Positions 41,712-53,034 of a DNA stretch of 64,000 nt are shown one piece after another. A program made the translations under genes and the position numbers. The stretch is from an uncultured Gemmatimonadales bacterium (lineage in GTDB: Bacteria; Gemmatimonadota; Gemmatimonadetes; Gemmatimonadales; Gemmatimonadaceae), in assembly GCA_963701965.1 (NCBI GenBank), contig OY969695.1, positions 4,064,001 through 4,128,000 on the forward strand. The letters are read 5' to 3'. The notes beneath the pieces were generated by a model. The model did not search any database, was not told the DNA's origin, and saw nothing but the letters and a program-made list of their open reading frames with translations. Each line of letters begins with the position of its first letter. Positions within the stretch are counted from its first letter, which is position 1.

Positions 41712-43283
41712 TCAGGTGGCCACTCGAAACACCGGGATCGCGTGCGCTTTGCCCTTGAGATCCATGGGCGGGCGCTCGTCGAGTGGCGGCGGGGCCCGCA
41801 TGGCGCGCCGCATGGCGTCGGACAGCAGGATCTCGCCGGCCTCGGCCGCCGCGCACAGGCGGCTCGCGGTATTCACCGTGTCGCCGATGACGGTGAACTC
41901 GAGCCGGCGTTCGGAGCCGATGTTCCCGGCGAAGGCCTCGCCGAAATTGAGTCCGATCCCGATGCCGAGCGCGGGCCGGCCTTGTCCGCGCCACTTGATG
42001 TTGAGTTGCTCCAGCGCCCGCATCATGTCGATCGCGGCGCGCATCGCCCGGTCGGCATCGTCGCTGGTGCCGATCGGCGCCCCCCATTGGGCCATGACCG
42101 CGTCGCCCATGAACTTGTCGAGCGTGCCGCCGTGGCGGAACACGCAATCGACCATCTCTGTGAAGTACTCGGAGAGGAGCGTGGCCATGTCGTCGGGCCG
42201 CATAGTCTCCGACAAGGCCGTGAACCCGCGGATGTCGCTGAAGAGCACCGCGATCGGTCGTTTGTCGCCGCCGAGGCGCACGGCGTCGGCTGAAGTCGCG
42301 ATGCGGGCGGCGAGGCTCGGCGCGAAGTAACGCTCGAAGTTGCTGCGGACGATCAGCTCCTGCCGAATGCGCTCGGAGAACTGTCCGTTCTCGATCGCCG
42401 CGGCCGCGATCGAGGCGAACGCGATCAGGAAGTCGAGGTCATCCTCTTGGAACCGGTGCGTCGACGTGACATTGTCGGCGTACAGGACGCCCAGCACCTT
42501 GCCCTCGTTGCCGACGAACGGCGCGCACATGGTCGATCGCACGCGCTGCATGAGAATCGACTGGCCGCCGAACCGCAAATCCTCCGGGGCATTGTCGGAC
42601 AGGATCCCGACTTTGTCCTGCACGGCCGTCCGCACGATGGACTGGGGCACGGTGCGCTGCGCGGCCGTCCCGTGGCGATCCCGGGAGACTTTGGGAACGT
42701 GTTCTCCCTTCGCGTCGGTCAGGAGGATCGACACGTAGTCGACATCGAAGATCTGGAGGCAGAATCCCGCGATCGTGTCCAGCAGCGCGCCGGTATCCAC
42801 GGTGCGGGTCAGTCCCTTGGACACTTCCAGCAGCAGGGCGAGCTTCTTCGCCGCCTGCGGCTCGGTGCCGGGCTCTCCCGGCGGATGCGTGGTCGCCAGC
42901 GGCACGCCATCGGATGGCAGTTGGCGCACGATCGTCGCACCGCGCGGCGGTGTCGCGGGCGCCGGCGGGGGGACCACGTGCTCCAGCGAGGGCGTGAGTT
43001 GCATCACGCGGAACGGGACTTTGCCAAACGACACCACGTCGCCCGACGTGAGGCGCGCCGCGTCGATCCGCGCGCCGTTCACGTAGGTGCCGTTGCTCGA
43101 GCCCAGGTCCTTGACATCGACGCCGTCGTCCGTCGCCACGAGCTCCGCATGGCGGCGCGAGATCGTCGGGTCGAACACCGGGATGTCACTGGTCAGCGCG
43201 CGCCCGACGACCAACGTCGAGCCGGCCGGCAAATCGAACGTCTGCTCGCCTTCGCCGGCGACGCTGGTCAGCTTGTACGGCAT
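41712..43283 (-). CDS. FHA-GAF-class III adenylate/guanylate cyclase
   Basis: GR...SRRHA...DLGSSNGT (FHA); FSDIRGFT, DKFMGDA and IGDTVNTASRL. Confidence 0.92.
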   Translation of the reverse strand: MPYKLTSVAGEGEQTFDLPAGSTLVVGRALTSDIPVFDPTISRRHAELVATDDGVDVKDLGSSNGTYVNGARIDAARLTSGDVVSFGKVPFRVMQLTPSLEHVVPPPAPATPPRGATIVRQLPSDGVPLATTHPPGEPGTEPQAAKKLALLLEVSKGLTRTVDTGALLDTIAGFCLQIFDVDYVSILLTDAKGEHVPKVSRDRHGTAAQRTVPQSIVRTAVQDKVGILSDNAPEDLRFGGQSILMQRVRSTMCAPFVGNEGKVLGVLYADNVTSTHRFQEDDLDFLIAFASIAAAAIENGQFSERIRQELIVRSNFERYFAPSLAARIATSADAVRLGGDKRPIAVLFSDIRGFTALSETMRPDDMATLLSEYFTEMVDCVFRHGGTLDKFMGDAVMAQWGAPIGTSDDADRAMRAAIDMMRALEQLNIKWRGQGRPALGIGIGLNFGEAFAGNIGSERRLEFTVIGDTVNTASRLCAAAEAGEILLSDAMRRAMRAPPPLDERPPMDLKGKAHAIPVFRVAT

Positions 43284-44800
43284 GCGGCCCGTACTTGTCC
43301 GATCGCCGTGAGCAGCGCCCGCAGCTTGTTCGCCGTCTCATCCCACTCGCGCGCCGGGTCGGAGTCGGCGACGATGCCCGCCGCGGCTTGCACGGACGCC
43401 GTGCCATTGGCGATGATGCAGGTCCGGATCGTGATCGCGAGATCCATGCGCCGGTTGCCGGCCGCGATGTAGCCCACGGCTCCGCCGTACGGGCCGCGCC
43501 GCTGGCGCTCCAGCTCGTCGATGATCTCCATGGCCCGCACTTTCGGCGCTCCCGTGAGCGTCCCGGCCGGAAAGGTGGCGCGGAAGACGCCAAGGGCCGT
43601 CCCGTCGCCGGCGACCGTGCCCTCGACCTGACTCACGATATGGAGCACGTGGGAATAGCGCTCGATCCGCATCAGCTCCGTCACCTCGACGGTGCCGAAT
43701 TCGGCGATCCGGCCAATGTCGTTGCGGCACAGATCGACGAGCATCACGTGCTCGGCCCTCTCTTTCTCGTCGGCGAGCAGTTCGGCGCTCAGCGCCTCGT
43801 CCTCGGCCGGCGTCTTTCCCCGCGGGCGCGTGCCGGCGATGGGCCGGAGCGTCACCCGTCCGTCCGCCACGCGCACCAGCACCTCGGGCGAGCTGCCCAC
43901 CAACTCCACGCCGTCGAGCACCAAGTGGTACATGTACGGCGACGGATTGATCGCGCGCAGCGCGCGGTACAGTGCCGCCGAAGAGAAATCGTGCGGCACA
44001 TCGATCCGCCGGCCGAACTCGGCCTGAAAGCAATCGCCGGCGTAGATGTACTCGCGGAGCTTCTCGACCCCGGCCATGTACTCATCGCGCTCAATCGTCG
44101 TCGTGCCGACGGCCGGGGGGGCGTCGAAGTCGAGGTCCAACGGCGCGAGCGCCTCCGGCGCTCGCAACCGTTCCATGGTCGACTCGATATCGGCGATGGC
44201 CCGGTCATATTCGCGGGCCACATCGCAGTCCGGTGCAACGGGCACACTGACGACGACGCGCGCGCGCGCGCGCAGGTTGTCGATGATGACCACGGCCCGC
44301 GTGAAGACGAACACCGCGTCGGGGACGTCGACGCCGCGGGGTGGTGGAGAGGGCAGGTGCTCCAGATAGCGCACGACGTCGTAGCCGAAGTAGCCCACGG
44401 CTCCGCCCCAGAACGCCCCGAGCTCGGGATCGAGATCGGCCATCGGCGGCGGTGCGTCACGCGCGATCAGGGATTCGAGATCGGCCAGCGGGTCGGCGGG
44501 CCGCCGGGCGCCGTGCCATCCGCGTCGAGGCGTCCAGTCCTCGACACGCCCGTCCGTGAGCCGCCAGGCGGCGCGCGGCTCGGTGCCCATGAACGTGTAG
44601 CGCGACCACATCTCCCCGCCGGCCGGGGCCGACTCCAGCAGGAACGCGAACGGCCCGCGCCGGAGCTTCGCGAATGCCGAGACCGCCGTGTCGGTATCCA
44701 GGAGACAATCGCGCCACACCGGCACGATGCCGCCGCCATTGGCGGCCGCCGACGCCGCCAACGCGCGAAAGCGCTCGAACCCGGGACGATCTGCGCTCAT
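43268..44800 (-). CDS. trpE: Anthranilate synthase component I
   Basis: LLES, NPSPYMY, PIAGTRPRG, EHVMLVDL.RND and PAGTLTGAPK.RAM. Confidence 0.92.
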   Translation of the reverse strand: MSADRPGFERFRALAASAAANGGGIVPVWRDCLLDTDTAVSAFAKLRRGPFAFLLESAPAGGEMWSRYTFMGTEPRAAWRLTDGRVEDWTPRRGWHGARRPADPLADLESLIARDAPPPMADLDPELGAFWGGAVGYFGYDVVRYLEHLPSPPPRGVDVPDAVFVFTRAVVIIDNLRARARVVVSVPVAPDCDVAREYDRAIADIESTMERLRAPEALAPLDLDFDAPPAVGTTTIERDEYMAGVEKLREYIYAGDCFQAEFGRRIDVPHDFSSAALYRALRAINPSPYMYHLVLDGVELVGSSPEVLVRVADGRVTLRPIAGTRPRGKTPAEDEALSAELLADEKERAEHVMLVDLCRNDIGRIAEFGTVEVTELMRIERYSHVLHIVSQVEGTVAGDGTALGVFRATFPAGTLTGAPKVRAMEIIDELERQRRGPYGGAVGYIAAGNRRMDLAITIRTCIIANGTASVQAAAGIVADSDPAREWDETANKLRALLTAIGQVRAACRTS

Positions 44801-44830
44801 GGCTTGGATGGAGGCGTATATTTGCGCGTC

Positions 44831-46888
44831 ATGGTCGCGAAGGTGCTGGTCGCCGGCGCATGCGTGTGCGCATCCGCGGCGGGCCTACTCGCCGGCGCGG
44901 CGCCGGCTGCCGCGCAGGTTTGGAACAGCGCATCGGCGCGCGCCCTCATGCAACGCGCCACCGATCTCCGGGCCCGCCAGCTGGCCGATACAGGACTCGT
45001 CGACTATCACGCGACGGCCCACGGCTACGTGATGTTTCTGGCGCAGCTTGGACTTGGCCTCAGTGAGCCGCCGAAGATCGTCAAAGCCGACCAGCTCGCG
45101 CTCGAAGTTTATTGGCACGCGCCCAATTTCAGCAAGCAGATCATCCAGGGCCGGCGCGACACCCTGCTGCTGCCGACCGACATCGTGTACCACCGCGACC
45201 ATCTGGGCATCGTCCAGAATAATTTCCCGAGTGCGATCCGTCTTGGGGAAGGGGACGAGGTCCGCGACGTGCCGCATCCGCTGTCCGTCCCCGGACTGGC
45301 GCTGTACGATGCGGCCATCGCCGATTCCGTGCGCGTGACCTTGCCGCCGCCGGCGGCGCCGATCACCGTCTACCGCGTGCTCGTGCGGCCGCGCGACGAC
45401 CGGCGCCCGGGCATCGTGGGGGCCATCTATATTGAGCCGCACGGCGGACAAGTCGTGCGCATGGCCTTCAGCTTCACACGCGCGTCGTTCCTGGACGCCG
45501 ATCTGGAAGACATCTCGGTCGTGCTGGAGAACGGCCTGGTCGAAGGGCGATTTTGGCTCCCGCTCCGCCAGGAGATCGAGATCCGGCGCACCGGCACGTG
45601 GTTCGACCTGCCGGCCCGGGGCATCATCCGCGCGCGCTGGGCGATCTGCTGCTACACGATCAACCACGGGCTCGACCCGCTGGTCATGGTCGGCGGCCCG
45701 GAGATCGTCTCGATGGACTCCGCCGCCCTGCGGCGATACCCGTGGCACGGCGATATCCTCGACTCGCTCCCCTCCGACGTGCGCGTGGCGACCGATGCGG
45801 ACGTCGCCAAGGTGCGCGACTACGCGCGGACGCTGGTGCGCGGCGAAGCGCTGGCTCGATCGCACGAGACGGCCCTCTCAGTGCGGTCGATCTCCGACTT
45901 CGTCCGGGTCGACCGGGTGGAGGGACTGGCGCTGGGCGCCGGCGCCACGCAGCGACTGGGCGAGGGGTTCGCGGTGACGGGCCGGGGACGGTATGGCCTC
46001 TCCGATCACCAGGCCAAGGGAGAGGCCGACGTCGCCTGGCACCGCGCGGACGGCGGTGGCCTCACCCTGTCCGCCTACCGGGCCTTTCGCGAGGCGGGCA
46101 ATGTCCCCGAGGTGTCGGGTTTCGTGAATAGCCTGGCCACCCAGGAGTTTGGCGCCGATCACACCGATCCCTACGACACGAGAGGCTTTGGGCTGGCGCT
46201 GGATGCGCCCCGGTGGGGCGGCCTCGTGTGGCGGTTGGGCGTCTGGCGCGAAGCCAACGACGCGTTGCGGGTCCACGCCAGTCCGACCTTCGGAGCCTTT
46301 GCCCCCACGATCCCGGCGGTGTCGCTCTGGCAGACTCTCCTGTCATTGGATGTGTCCCGTCCCACCGCACCCGGTCCCTTTGGGACCGAAGTGCGCTGGG
46401 ATGCCGACCTGCGTGGCGGCTGGTACTCGGCCACGGCACCTGGGAGCTACGCTCGGGCCAGTGTGGGCCTCACGGTCGAGCGCCCGGAAGGCGCCGATCG
46501 GCTGGTGACCAGGACGACCCTCGCGGGCATCACTGCCGGCGACGTGCCGATCCAAGACAACGTGTACCTCGGCGGTCCGGTGACGGGGCCCGGATACGCC
46601 TTCCACGAGTTCGTGGGCCGTGCTGGGGCGTCCGAACACGTGGAGTGGCAGTTTCCCATCCCGGCGCCTGGCCTCGTTCTGGGGCGCTACGGAACGTCGC
46701 CGCGCTCGGCCACCGTGGCGCCGTTCGCGCACCTCGTCTACACCAGCCCGTCCGGCTGGTACCCATCGGTCGGCCTCGGGCTCGCGGGCCTGTTCGATTT
46801 GGTCCGCTTCAATGTTGCCCGTGGTCTCCGCGGGGGATCGTGGACGTTCGCCTTTGATCTGGGCCGCGAGCTGTGGCCTGTCCTGTAA
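44831..46888 (+). CDS. Hypothetical exported/outer-membrane beta-barrel protein
   Basis: Signal peptide, RVDRVEGL, C-terminal amphipathic strands. Confidence 0.65.
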   Translation: MVAKVLVAGACVCASAAGLLAGAAPAAAQVWNSASARALMQRATDLRARQLADTGLVDYHATAHGYVMFLAQLGLGLSEPPKIVKADQLALEVYWHAPNFSKQIIQGRRDTLLLPTDIVYHRDHLGIVQNNFPSAIRLGEGDEVRDVPHPLSVPGLALYDAAIADSVRVTLPPPAAPITVYRVLVRPRDDRRPGIVGAIYIEPHGGQVVRMAFSFTRASFLDADLEDISVVLENGLVEGRFWLPLRQEIEIRRTGTWFDLPARGIIRARWAICCYTINHGLDPLVMVGGPEIVSMDSAALRRYPWHGDILDSLPSDVRVATDADVAKVRDYARTLVRGEALARSHETALSVRSISDFVRVDRVEGLALGAGATQRLGEGFAVTGRGRYGLSDHQAKGEADVAWHRADGGGLTLSAYRAFREAGNVPEVSGFVNSLATQEFGADHTDPYDTRGFGLALDAPRWGGLVWRLGVWREANDALRVHASPTFGAFAPTIPAVSLWQTLLSLDVSRPTAPGPFGTEVRWDADLRGGWYSATAPGSYARASVGLTVERPEGADRLVTRTTLAGITAGDVPIQDNVYLGGPVTGPGYAFHEFVGRAGASEHVEWQFPIPAPGLVLGRYGTSPRSATVAPFAHLVYTSPSGWYPSVGLGLAGLFDLVRFNVARGLRGGSWTFAFDLGRELWPVL

Positions 46889-46915
46889 ACAAGCGAGTCC
46901 CTTAGCTTTGGTCCC

Positions 46916-47309
46916 ATGACGCCGGCTCCGCGCGCCGTCCCGCTAGTGCTCCTCGTCGAAGACGAAGAGACGCTGCGCCGTGTGCTGCGCAGCCTGCTGG
47001 AGCGCGACGGCTTCGATGTCGCCGAAGCCGGGGACGGTGTGCAGGCGCTCGAATGCGGTCGACCGCTTGTCGCCCGACGCGGTCGTGCTCGATCTCAACC
47101 TGCCGGTTCTCGACGGATTCGCGGTGCTCTCGCGGATTCGGACGCGCACGACGAGCGCGTCGCTCCCGGTCCTCGTGCTCACGGCCAACGCCAATGCCGC
47201 GTCCGAGGTGCGCGCCCTCAAGCTGGGCGCGAATGAGTTTCTCACCAAGCCTTTTCGGCCGCGCGCGCTGGGCGCCCGGCTCAAGGCCATTCTCTCCGGC
47301 GCGGAATGA
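46916..47309 (+). CDS. Single-domain response regulator; apparent +1 frameshift
   Basis: LVEDE, LDLNLP..DG and KPF. Removing one A at GAATG 47051-47055 joins the two frames. Confidence 0.85.
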
Positions 47310-47770
47310 CCGATCTGGCCGTCGGGGTCGTCGACGTGTATCTCATCCGGCCCTACGCCGGCCCGTGGCAGGTGCTCGCGCTGCAAAGGGCGCGCGACAC
47401 GCGATGCCCTGCCAGTTGGGAGACGGTGCACGGGCATATCGAACCGGGCGAGCGCCCCGAGGTTGCCGCCGTCCGCGAGGTGCGCGAAGAAACGGGCCTC
47501 GTCGTCGACCGCCTCTACAACGTCACCGTGCAGCCTTTCTATCTGCACCGCTACGGCGCGGTGCAGTTGGCCGTGGTCTTTGCCGCTTTTGTGCGGGAGC
47601 CGGGCGCGGTGACGCTGGGCCCGGAGCACCAGCGGGCCGAGTGGCTCAGCGTCGACGAAGCCCGTACCCGATTCATCTGGCCGCGCTCGCGCGCGGCCCT
47701 GGAGGACATCGTGGTGCTCCTCGGCGCCGGCAATGCGGGCCCCGTCGAGGATGTGCTGAGAGTGCTTTAG
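47306..47770 (+). CDS. NUDIX hydrolase (NudB-like)
   Basis: Nudix box G.IEPGE....AAVREVREETG and EH...EW. Confidence 0.88.
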   Translation: MTDLAVGVVDVYLIRPYAGPWQVLALQRARDTRCPASWETVHGHIEPGERPEVAAVREVREETGLVVDRLYNVTVQPFYLHRYGAVQLAVVFAAFVREPGAVTLGPEHQRAEWLSVDEARTRFIWPRSRAALEDIVVLLGAGNAGPVEDVLRVL

Positions 47771-48609
47771 GAGCGCTTCCGCGCCGTCGGCAGGCAGTCC
47801 TCGCCGGTGAAGTCCGGCGGGACATTGGGTTTGACCCGCACACTCTTGGCCGGGATCCCCACGTTGACGTGGTATGGCCGCACGTCCTTCGTAGCCACGG
47901 CCAGGGCGCCGACCATGCCTTGGCAGTTCACATGCACGCCGGCCAGAACCGTCGCGTGATACGTGATGCGCACGCCGTCATCGAGGCGGGTCACGGCGTT
48001 GGTGACGTCGCGGCCATCGACGATGCTGTGGGTGTGCGAATAGATGTTCGCATAATCGCTGATCGACACGTTGTTCCCGAGGATGATCCCCCCGCGATCA
48101 TCGAGGAGCACGTGCCGGTGGACGACGACGTTGTCGCCGATCTCCAGGTTGTAACCGAACGTGAACTCGACGTGCTGAAACGCCTTGAAGTTCTCTCCTA
48201 CGCGCTTGAAGATGTACGGCGCCAGCAATCGCCGGAGCCGGATACCGAGGTCCACGTTCTGGCCGCCGAGCGGGGTGCGGTCGAACGAATACCACAGCCA
48301 CAGCAGCGGCTTCACGGCGTTGAACCGGATCTCATCGCACTCGGCGTAGTACTCGGGTTCCAGCGTGACGTTGCGCGGATCGCACACCGAGAGCGCCAGC
48401 CGGGTCGCCAGCGGCACCGTCACATCCTGAACGGCCGTGTCGTAGTTATCCGAGTATGCCGGATACAGGAGATCGACCAGCGTGCGGCGGCACAGCACGT
48501 TCCGATCGGTGGACGGCTCGCTCAGCATCGCCGCGATCGCGCCGAGCCAAGTCTCTACGAGCTGTTTCGACGGGCGATCGGGGAGCGTACGCAGGGGGAG
48601 GAACGCCAT
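47767..48609 (-). CDS. Hexapeptide-repeat acyltransferase
   Basis: IGDNVVV / LGNNVSI repeats, ATKDV and GIPAK. Confidence 0.85.
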   Translation of the reverse strand: MAFLPLRTLPDRPSKQLVETWLGAIAAMLSEPSTDRNVLCRRTLVDLLYPAYSDNYDTAVQDVTVPLATRLALSVCDPRNVTLEPEYYAECDEIRFNAVKPLLWLWYSFDRTPLGGQNVDLGIRLRRLLAPYIFKRVGENFKAFQHVEFTFGYNLEIGDNVVVHRHVLLDDRGGIILGNNVSISDYANIYSHTHSIVDGRDVTNAVTRLDDGVRITYHATVLAGVHVNCQGMVGALAVATKDVRPYHVNVGIPAKSVRVKPNVPPDFTGEDCLPTARKRS

Positions 48610-48624
48610 CCCGCAAGATAACGG

Positions 48625-49236
48625 CTAGCGTTCGACCAGGGCGACGATGGCCTCGGCCAGCTCGTGCCGTCCCGATCCGGTCACGGCGCTGAAAGAAATC
48701 ACCTGGTCGGCGTCCAGCGCCAAGTCGCGGGCCAGCGCCGCGACGCGCGCCGCGGCGGCGGTCGCGCTCAGCTTGTCGATCTTGGTCACGACGATGATCG
48801 TGGGGAAGGCGCCTTCGGCCAGGAAGTCGAGCATCTGGCGGTCGTCGTCGCTGGGCTCGCGCCGGACGTCGAGCAGCTGGACGACGCCGGCCGGCGCCGG
48901 GCTGCCCCGCAGGTAGCCTTCAATGAGCGGCCGCCACGACGACCGTTGCTCCTTGGAGACCCGGGCGTAGCCGTAGCCGGGCAGGTCCGCCACCACGAAT
49001 TGGCCGTTGACGCGAAAGAAGTTGATCTCCCGCGTCCGGCCCGGCGTGTTGCTGGTGCGCGCCAGTTTCTTGCGCCGCACGAGGCGATTGAGGAGCGACG
49101 ATTTGCCGACATTGGACCGCCCGGCGAAGGCGATCTCCGGCAGTTCGGGCGGCGGTCGCCACCCGCCGGGGGAAGCCATCCCGCCAATGAATTCGAGCGC
49201 GCGGATCGGGAGCGGGTCGCTCCCCGAATCGCTCAG
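48625..49236 (-). CDS. engB: Ribosome biogenesis GTPase EngB/YihA/YsxC
   Basis: [19 protein letters not shown] and TKIDK. Start uncertain: first ATG is 49179, CTG at 49236 overlaps the lon stop. Confidence 0.92.
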   Translation of the reverse strand: MSDSGSDPLPIRALEFIGGMASPGGWRPPPELPEIAFAGRSNVGKSSLLNRLVRRKKLARTSNTPGRTREINFFRVNGQFVVADLPGYGYARVSKEQRSSWRPLIEGYLRGSPAPAGVVQLLDVRREPSDDDRQMLDFLAEGAFPTIIVVTKIDKLSATAAAARVAALARDLALDADQVISFSAVTGSGRHELAEAIVALVER

Positions 49237-51638
49237 TGGGTCACCGTGCCCGGCGCCGGCAGCGCGACCGCCCGCCGCGGAGCGGGTTGCCGCGCCGCCG
49301 GCGGCTCCGGCGCCGGACGCAAGGCCACGTGCAACACCTCGTCCATCGACTTGACCGTGTGAAACGTCGCCGCGGCCCGCACTTCCGCCGGCAACTCCTC
49401 GATCTCGCGCGCATTGCCGTGGGGCACGATCAGGTGGCGGACGCCGGCGCGGTGGGCGGCGACGGATTTCTCCTTGAGGCCGCCAATGGGCAGCACGCGG
49501 CCGCGCAACGTGATCTCGCCGGTCATGGCGAGATCGCCGCGCACGGGGCGGCGGGTGAGCGCACTCACGATCGCGGTCGCGATGGCGATGCCGGCGCTGG
49601 GGCCGTCCTTGGGCGTGGCGCCCGCGGGAATGTGAACGTGGATGTCCCGGGTCCGATAGAAGTCACGGTCGAGACCCAGTTCCCGGGCGCGGCGCCGCGC
49701 ATAGCTCAACGCCGCCGACGCCGACTCCTTCATGACGTCCCCAAGGGTGCCGGTGAGCTGCAGCTTGCCGCGTCCCCGCACGACGGTGACCTCGATATCG
49801 AGCGTCTCGCCGCCCACCGACGTATAGGCGAGCCCCCGGGCGACACCCACGACGTCCTCGAAGGAGAGATCGTCCGGATCGAAAGGCGCGGGGCCCAACA
49901 GCGCTTTCAGCTCGGTGCCGCGCACCGTGACGGGCGCGGTCGAATGGGTCTCGGCGCGGCGCCGGGCCAGCTTGCGCGCCACGCGCGCGATGCGCCGGTC
50001 GAGGTCGCGCACGCCGGCTTCGCGCGTGTATCCGCGCAGAATGCCCGGCAGCGCATCGGGTTCCCACGTCACGGCGTCGGCCGGCAGGCCGTTGCGCGAC
50101 AGCTGGCGCGGCACGAGGAACTGACGCGCGATGGCCAGCTTCTCGTGGTCCAGATACCCGGAGAGGCGCAACACTTCCATCCGATCGCGCAGCGGCTCGG
50201 GAATGGTGGCCAGCGAGTTCGCGGTCGTGATGAACAACACCTGCGACAGATCGTAGTCGAGCTCGAGGTAGTGATCGTTGAAGGCGCGGTTCTGCTCGGG
50301 ATCGAGCACCTCGAGCAGCGCCGCCGCCGGATCTCCGCGATAGTCGGCCCCGAGCTTGTCGATCTCGTCGAGCAGGATGACGGGGTTCACGACTTCGGCG
50401 CGTTTCATGGCCTGCAGGATCCGCCCGGGGAGCGCGCCAATGTACGTGCGCCGGTGACCGCGAATCTCGGCCTCGTCGCGCACGCCGCCCAGCGACATCC
50501 GGACGAATTTCCGGCCCAATGCCCGGGCGACGGACTGGCCCAGCAATGTCTTGCCAACGCCGGGAGGTCCGACGAGACAGAGAATGGGACCGTCCAGTCG
50601 TCCGACGAGCGCCAACACGGCGATGTAGTCCAGAATGCGGTCCTTGACGTCGTCGAGACCGTAGTGATCCACATCGAGCACCGCCCGGGCGTGCTCGACG
50701 TCGAGCACATCGTCCGTGCGCGCCGTCCACGGGAGCGCCATGAGCCAGTCGAGGTAGTTGCGCCCCACGGTCGACTCGGGCGACATCGGCGCCGTGCGCC
50801 GCAGCTTCCGGAGCTCGCGCCGCGCGCGCGCCGCCACCGGCTCGGGCAATCCGCGGCGCGTGATCTCGGTGTCGAGCTCGGCGAGATCGTCGCCTTCCTC
50901 TTGTCCGAGCTCACGGTTGATGGCCCGGAGCTGCTCCTGCAGGTAGAACTCGCGCTGGTTCTGGAACAGCGAGCCGCGGACGTCGTCGTCGATCTTCCGC
51001 TCCAGGCGCAGCAGCTCGATCTCGGCGCCGAGGACGCGAATCAACGCGGCCCACAGATCCCCGACGGCCGGGATCTCGAGGAGCGCTTGTTTGGCGTCGT
51101 GCCGCAGGATGAGGTGCGCCGCGATCGCCATCGCGCGCCGCTCGTCGGAGTCGATGGCCTGGACCAGCGCGACGACTTCGTCCGGAATGCGGCAATGCAG
51201 CGAGACGTACTCCTCGAAGCGCCCCATGGCTTGCCGGCTCTCGGCCTCCGGCGTGACGCCGATCAGCGGGGCCGGGGCGACAATGGCGCGCAGCAAACGC
51301 GCGGTCGGCATGTAGCGCGTCACGCGGGCGCGGGCGATGCCCTCGACGAGGACCTTGGCCGTGCCGCTGGGCAGGCGCGCGAACTGGAGAATGCGCGCGA
51401 CGATGCCGACCCGATAGAGGTCCGCCGCCGTGGGATCCTGGATCTCGCCGTTCTCCTGCGCGACCAGCAGGACGAAGTGATCCTTGGCCACCGCCGCTTC
51501 GACCGCCGCCAACGAGGCGGGCCGGCCGACCAGCAGCGGGATCACCACATGGGGAAAGACGACGACTTCACGCAACGGGAGTACGGGAAGCCGATCCTCG
51601 GTTGTGACGGGCTCGCCGTCACGCGCGAAGGTGGGAAC
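49233..51638 (-). CDS. lon: Lon protease
   Basis: [26 protein letters not shown] and PKDGPSAG. Start uncertain (GTT 51638 or TTG 51575). Confidence 0.96.
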   Translation of the reverse strand, partial: VPTFARDGEPVTTEDRLPVLPLREVVVFPHVVIPLLVGRPASLAAVEAAVAKDHFVLLVAQENGEIQDPTAADLYRVGIVARILQFARLPSGTAKVLVEGIARARVTRYMPTARLLRAIVAPAPLIGVTPEAESRQAMGRFEEYVSLHCRIPDEVVALVQAIDSDERRAMAIAAHLILRHDAKQALLEIPAVGDLWAALIRVLGAEIELLRLERKIDDDVRGSLFQNQREFYLQEQLRAINRELGQEEGDDLAELDTEITRRGLPEPVAARARRELRKLRRTAPMSPESTVGRNYLDWLMALPWTARTDDVLDVEHARAVLDVDHYGLDDVKDRILDYIAVLALVGRLDGPILCLVGPPGVGKTLLGQSVARALGRKFVRMSLGGVRDEAEIRGHRRTYIGALPGRILQAMKRAEVVNPVILLDEIDKLGADYRGDPAAALLEVLDPEQNRAFNDHYLELDYDLSQVLFITTANSLATIPEPLRDRMEVLRLSGYLDHEKLAIARQFLVPRQLSRNGLPADAVTWEPDALPGILRGYTREAGVRDLDRRIARVARKLARRRAETHSTAPVTVRGTELKALLGPAPFDPDDLSFEDVVGVARGLAYTSVGGETLDIEVTVVRGRGKLQLTGTLGDVMKESASAALSYARRRARELGLDRDFYRTRDIHVHIPAGATPKDGPSAGIAIATAIVSALTRRPVRGDLAMTGEITLRGRVLPIGGLKEKSVAAHRAGVRHLIVPHGNAREIEELPAEVRAAATFHTVKSMDEVLHVALRPAPEPPAARQPAPRRAVALPAPGTVTH

Positions 51639-52894
51639 TACGCCTCCTTCTTCTGCCGCTTGGGTGCGATCTCCAGCAGCGGCGGTGCAGCGTTGGTCAC
51701 CGTGGACTCGATGACCTTGACCTCGACGACGTCATCGCGACTCGGCAGGTCGAACATGATCTCGGTCAGCATCTCCTCGAGGATCGCCCGCAAGCCCCGG
51801 GCGCCGGTGCCGCGCTTGAGCGCTTTGTTGGCGATCGCCTTGAGCGCGCTCTCCTCGAACGTGAGCTTGACCTCCTCGAGGTCGAACAGCTTGGCGTACT
51901 GTTTCGTGAGCGCGTTCTTCGGCTCTTTCAGAATGCGGACGAGGGACTCTTCGTCGAGGGCTTCGAGCGGCACCGACACGGGGAGCCGGCCGACGAGCTC
52001 GGGGATGAGTCCGTACCGCAGGAGATCGTCGGGCTCGACGTCGGCGAACGGATTCTTGATCACGCGCTTGGCGTGAAGACCCAACGCGTCTTCCTTCGCG
52101 AATCCGATCTGCTTCCGGCCCGTGCGGGCCTCGATGATCTTCTCCAACCCGTCGAACGCGCCACCGCAGATAAACAGGATGTCCTTGGTGTTGATCTGGA
52201 TGTATTCCTGTTGCGGATGCTTCCGGCCGCCCTGCGGCGGGACGGAGGCCACGGTGCCTTCGAGGATCTTGAGGAGCGCCTGCTGCACGCCTTCGCCGGA
52301 GACGTCCCGCGTGATGCTGGGGTTCTCCGATTTGCGGGCGATCTTGTCGATCTCGTCAATGTAAACGATTCCGCGCTCACACTCGGCGACGTTGAAGTCG
52401 CCGGCCTGCAGCAACCGCACGAGAATGTTCTCGACGTCTTCACCGACGTACCCGGCCTCGGTGAGCGTCGTGGCGTCGGCGATCGTGAACGGCACATCCA
52501 GTATGCGGGCCAACGTCTGCGCCAGCAGGGTCTTCCCCACGCCGGTCGGCCCGATCAACAGGATGTTGGACTTGTCCAGCTCGACCTCGTCATCGCGCAA
52601 CGAGGCGGAATTGATGCGCTTATAGTGATTGTAGACGGCAACGGCCAGCGCTTTCTTCGCCCGCTCCTGCCCGATCACATATTGGTCCAGAACGTCCTTT
52701 ATTTCCTGGGGCGACGGGACCTGGGTGATCGCCTCCGCGACTTCGCGCTCCTCGTCCTCGGCGAGAATCTCGTTGCAGAGCGCAATGCACTCGTTGCAAA
52801 TGTAGACGGACGGTCCGGAAATGAACTTCCGCACCGAATCCTTGGACTTTCCGCAGAACGAGCAACGGAGGTGTTTGTCGTGGGACATGGGCAT
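51638..52894 (-). CDS. clpX: ATP-dependent Clp protease ATP-binding subunit
   Basis: CSFCGK zinc finger, [14 protein letters not shown] and IGF loop. Confidence 0.98.
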   Translation of the reverse strand: MPMSHDKHLRCSFCGKSKDSVRKFISGPSVYICNECIALCNEILAEDEEREVAEAITQVPSPQEIKDVLDQYVIGQERAKKALAVAVYNHYKRINSASLRDDEVELDKSNILLIGPTGVGKTLLAQTLARILDVPFTIADATTLTEAGYVGEDVENILVRLLQAGDFNVAECERGIVYIDEIDKIARKSENPSITRDVSGEGVQQALLKILEGTVASVPPQGGRKHPQQEYIQINTKDILFICGGAFDGLEKIIEARTGRKQIGFAKEDALGLHAKRVIKNPFADVEPDDLLRYGLIPELVGRLPVSVPLEALDEESLVRILKEPKNALTKQYAKLFDLEEVKLTFEESALKAIANKALKRGTGARGLRAILEEMLTEIMFDLPSRDDVVEVKVIESTVTNAAPPLLEIAPKRQKKEA

Positions 52895-52991
52895 CCAATG
52901 GAGGCTGCCGAGAACTAACAGCCGTGCCGGAACGGGTCAAGCAGAGCGCAACCTGGCGTTTTCCTATAATAACAGTGCGGCGCCCGCGGCT

Positions 52992-53009
52992 ATGTGAATC
53001 CCTTCACAA
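52992..53009. promoter_or_regulatory. Palindromic operator ATGTGAA-TCCC-TTCACAA (Rex-like or CRP-like) upstream of clpX
   Basis: Perfect TGTGA-N6-TCACA, and one mismatch from TTGTGAA-N4-TTCACAA; lies in an AT-rich intergenic stretch. Confidence 0.55.
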
Positions 53010-53034
53010 ACACCGTGTGCGCCGCATCACGTAA

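Noticed and set aside
43295..44830. 1197-aa ORF and other long antisense or alternate-frame ORFs (e.g. 26829-28811, 33550-36270, 49236-52076)
   Set aside because: Shadow ORFs opposite well-supported genes, expected in high-GC DNA; only 44831-46888 of the 1197-aa ORF looks real.
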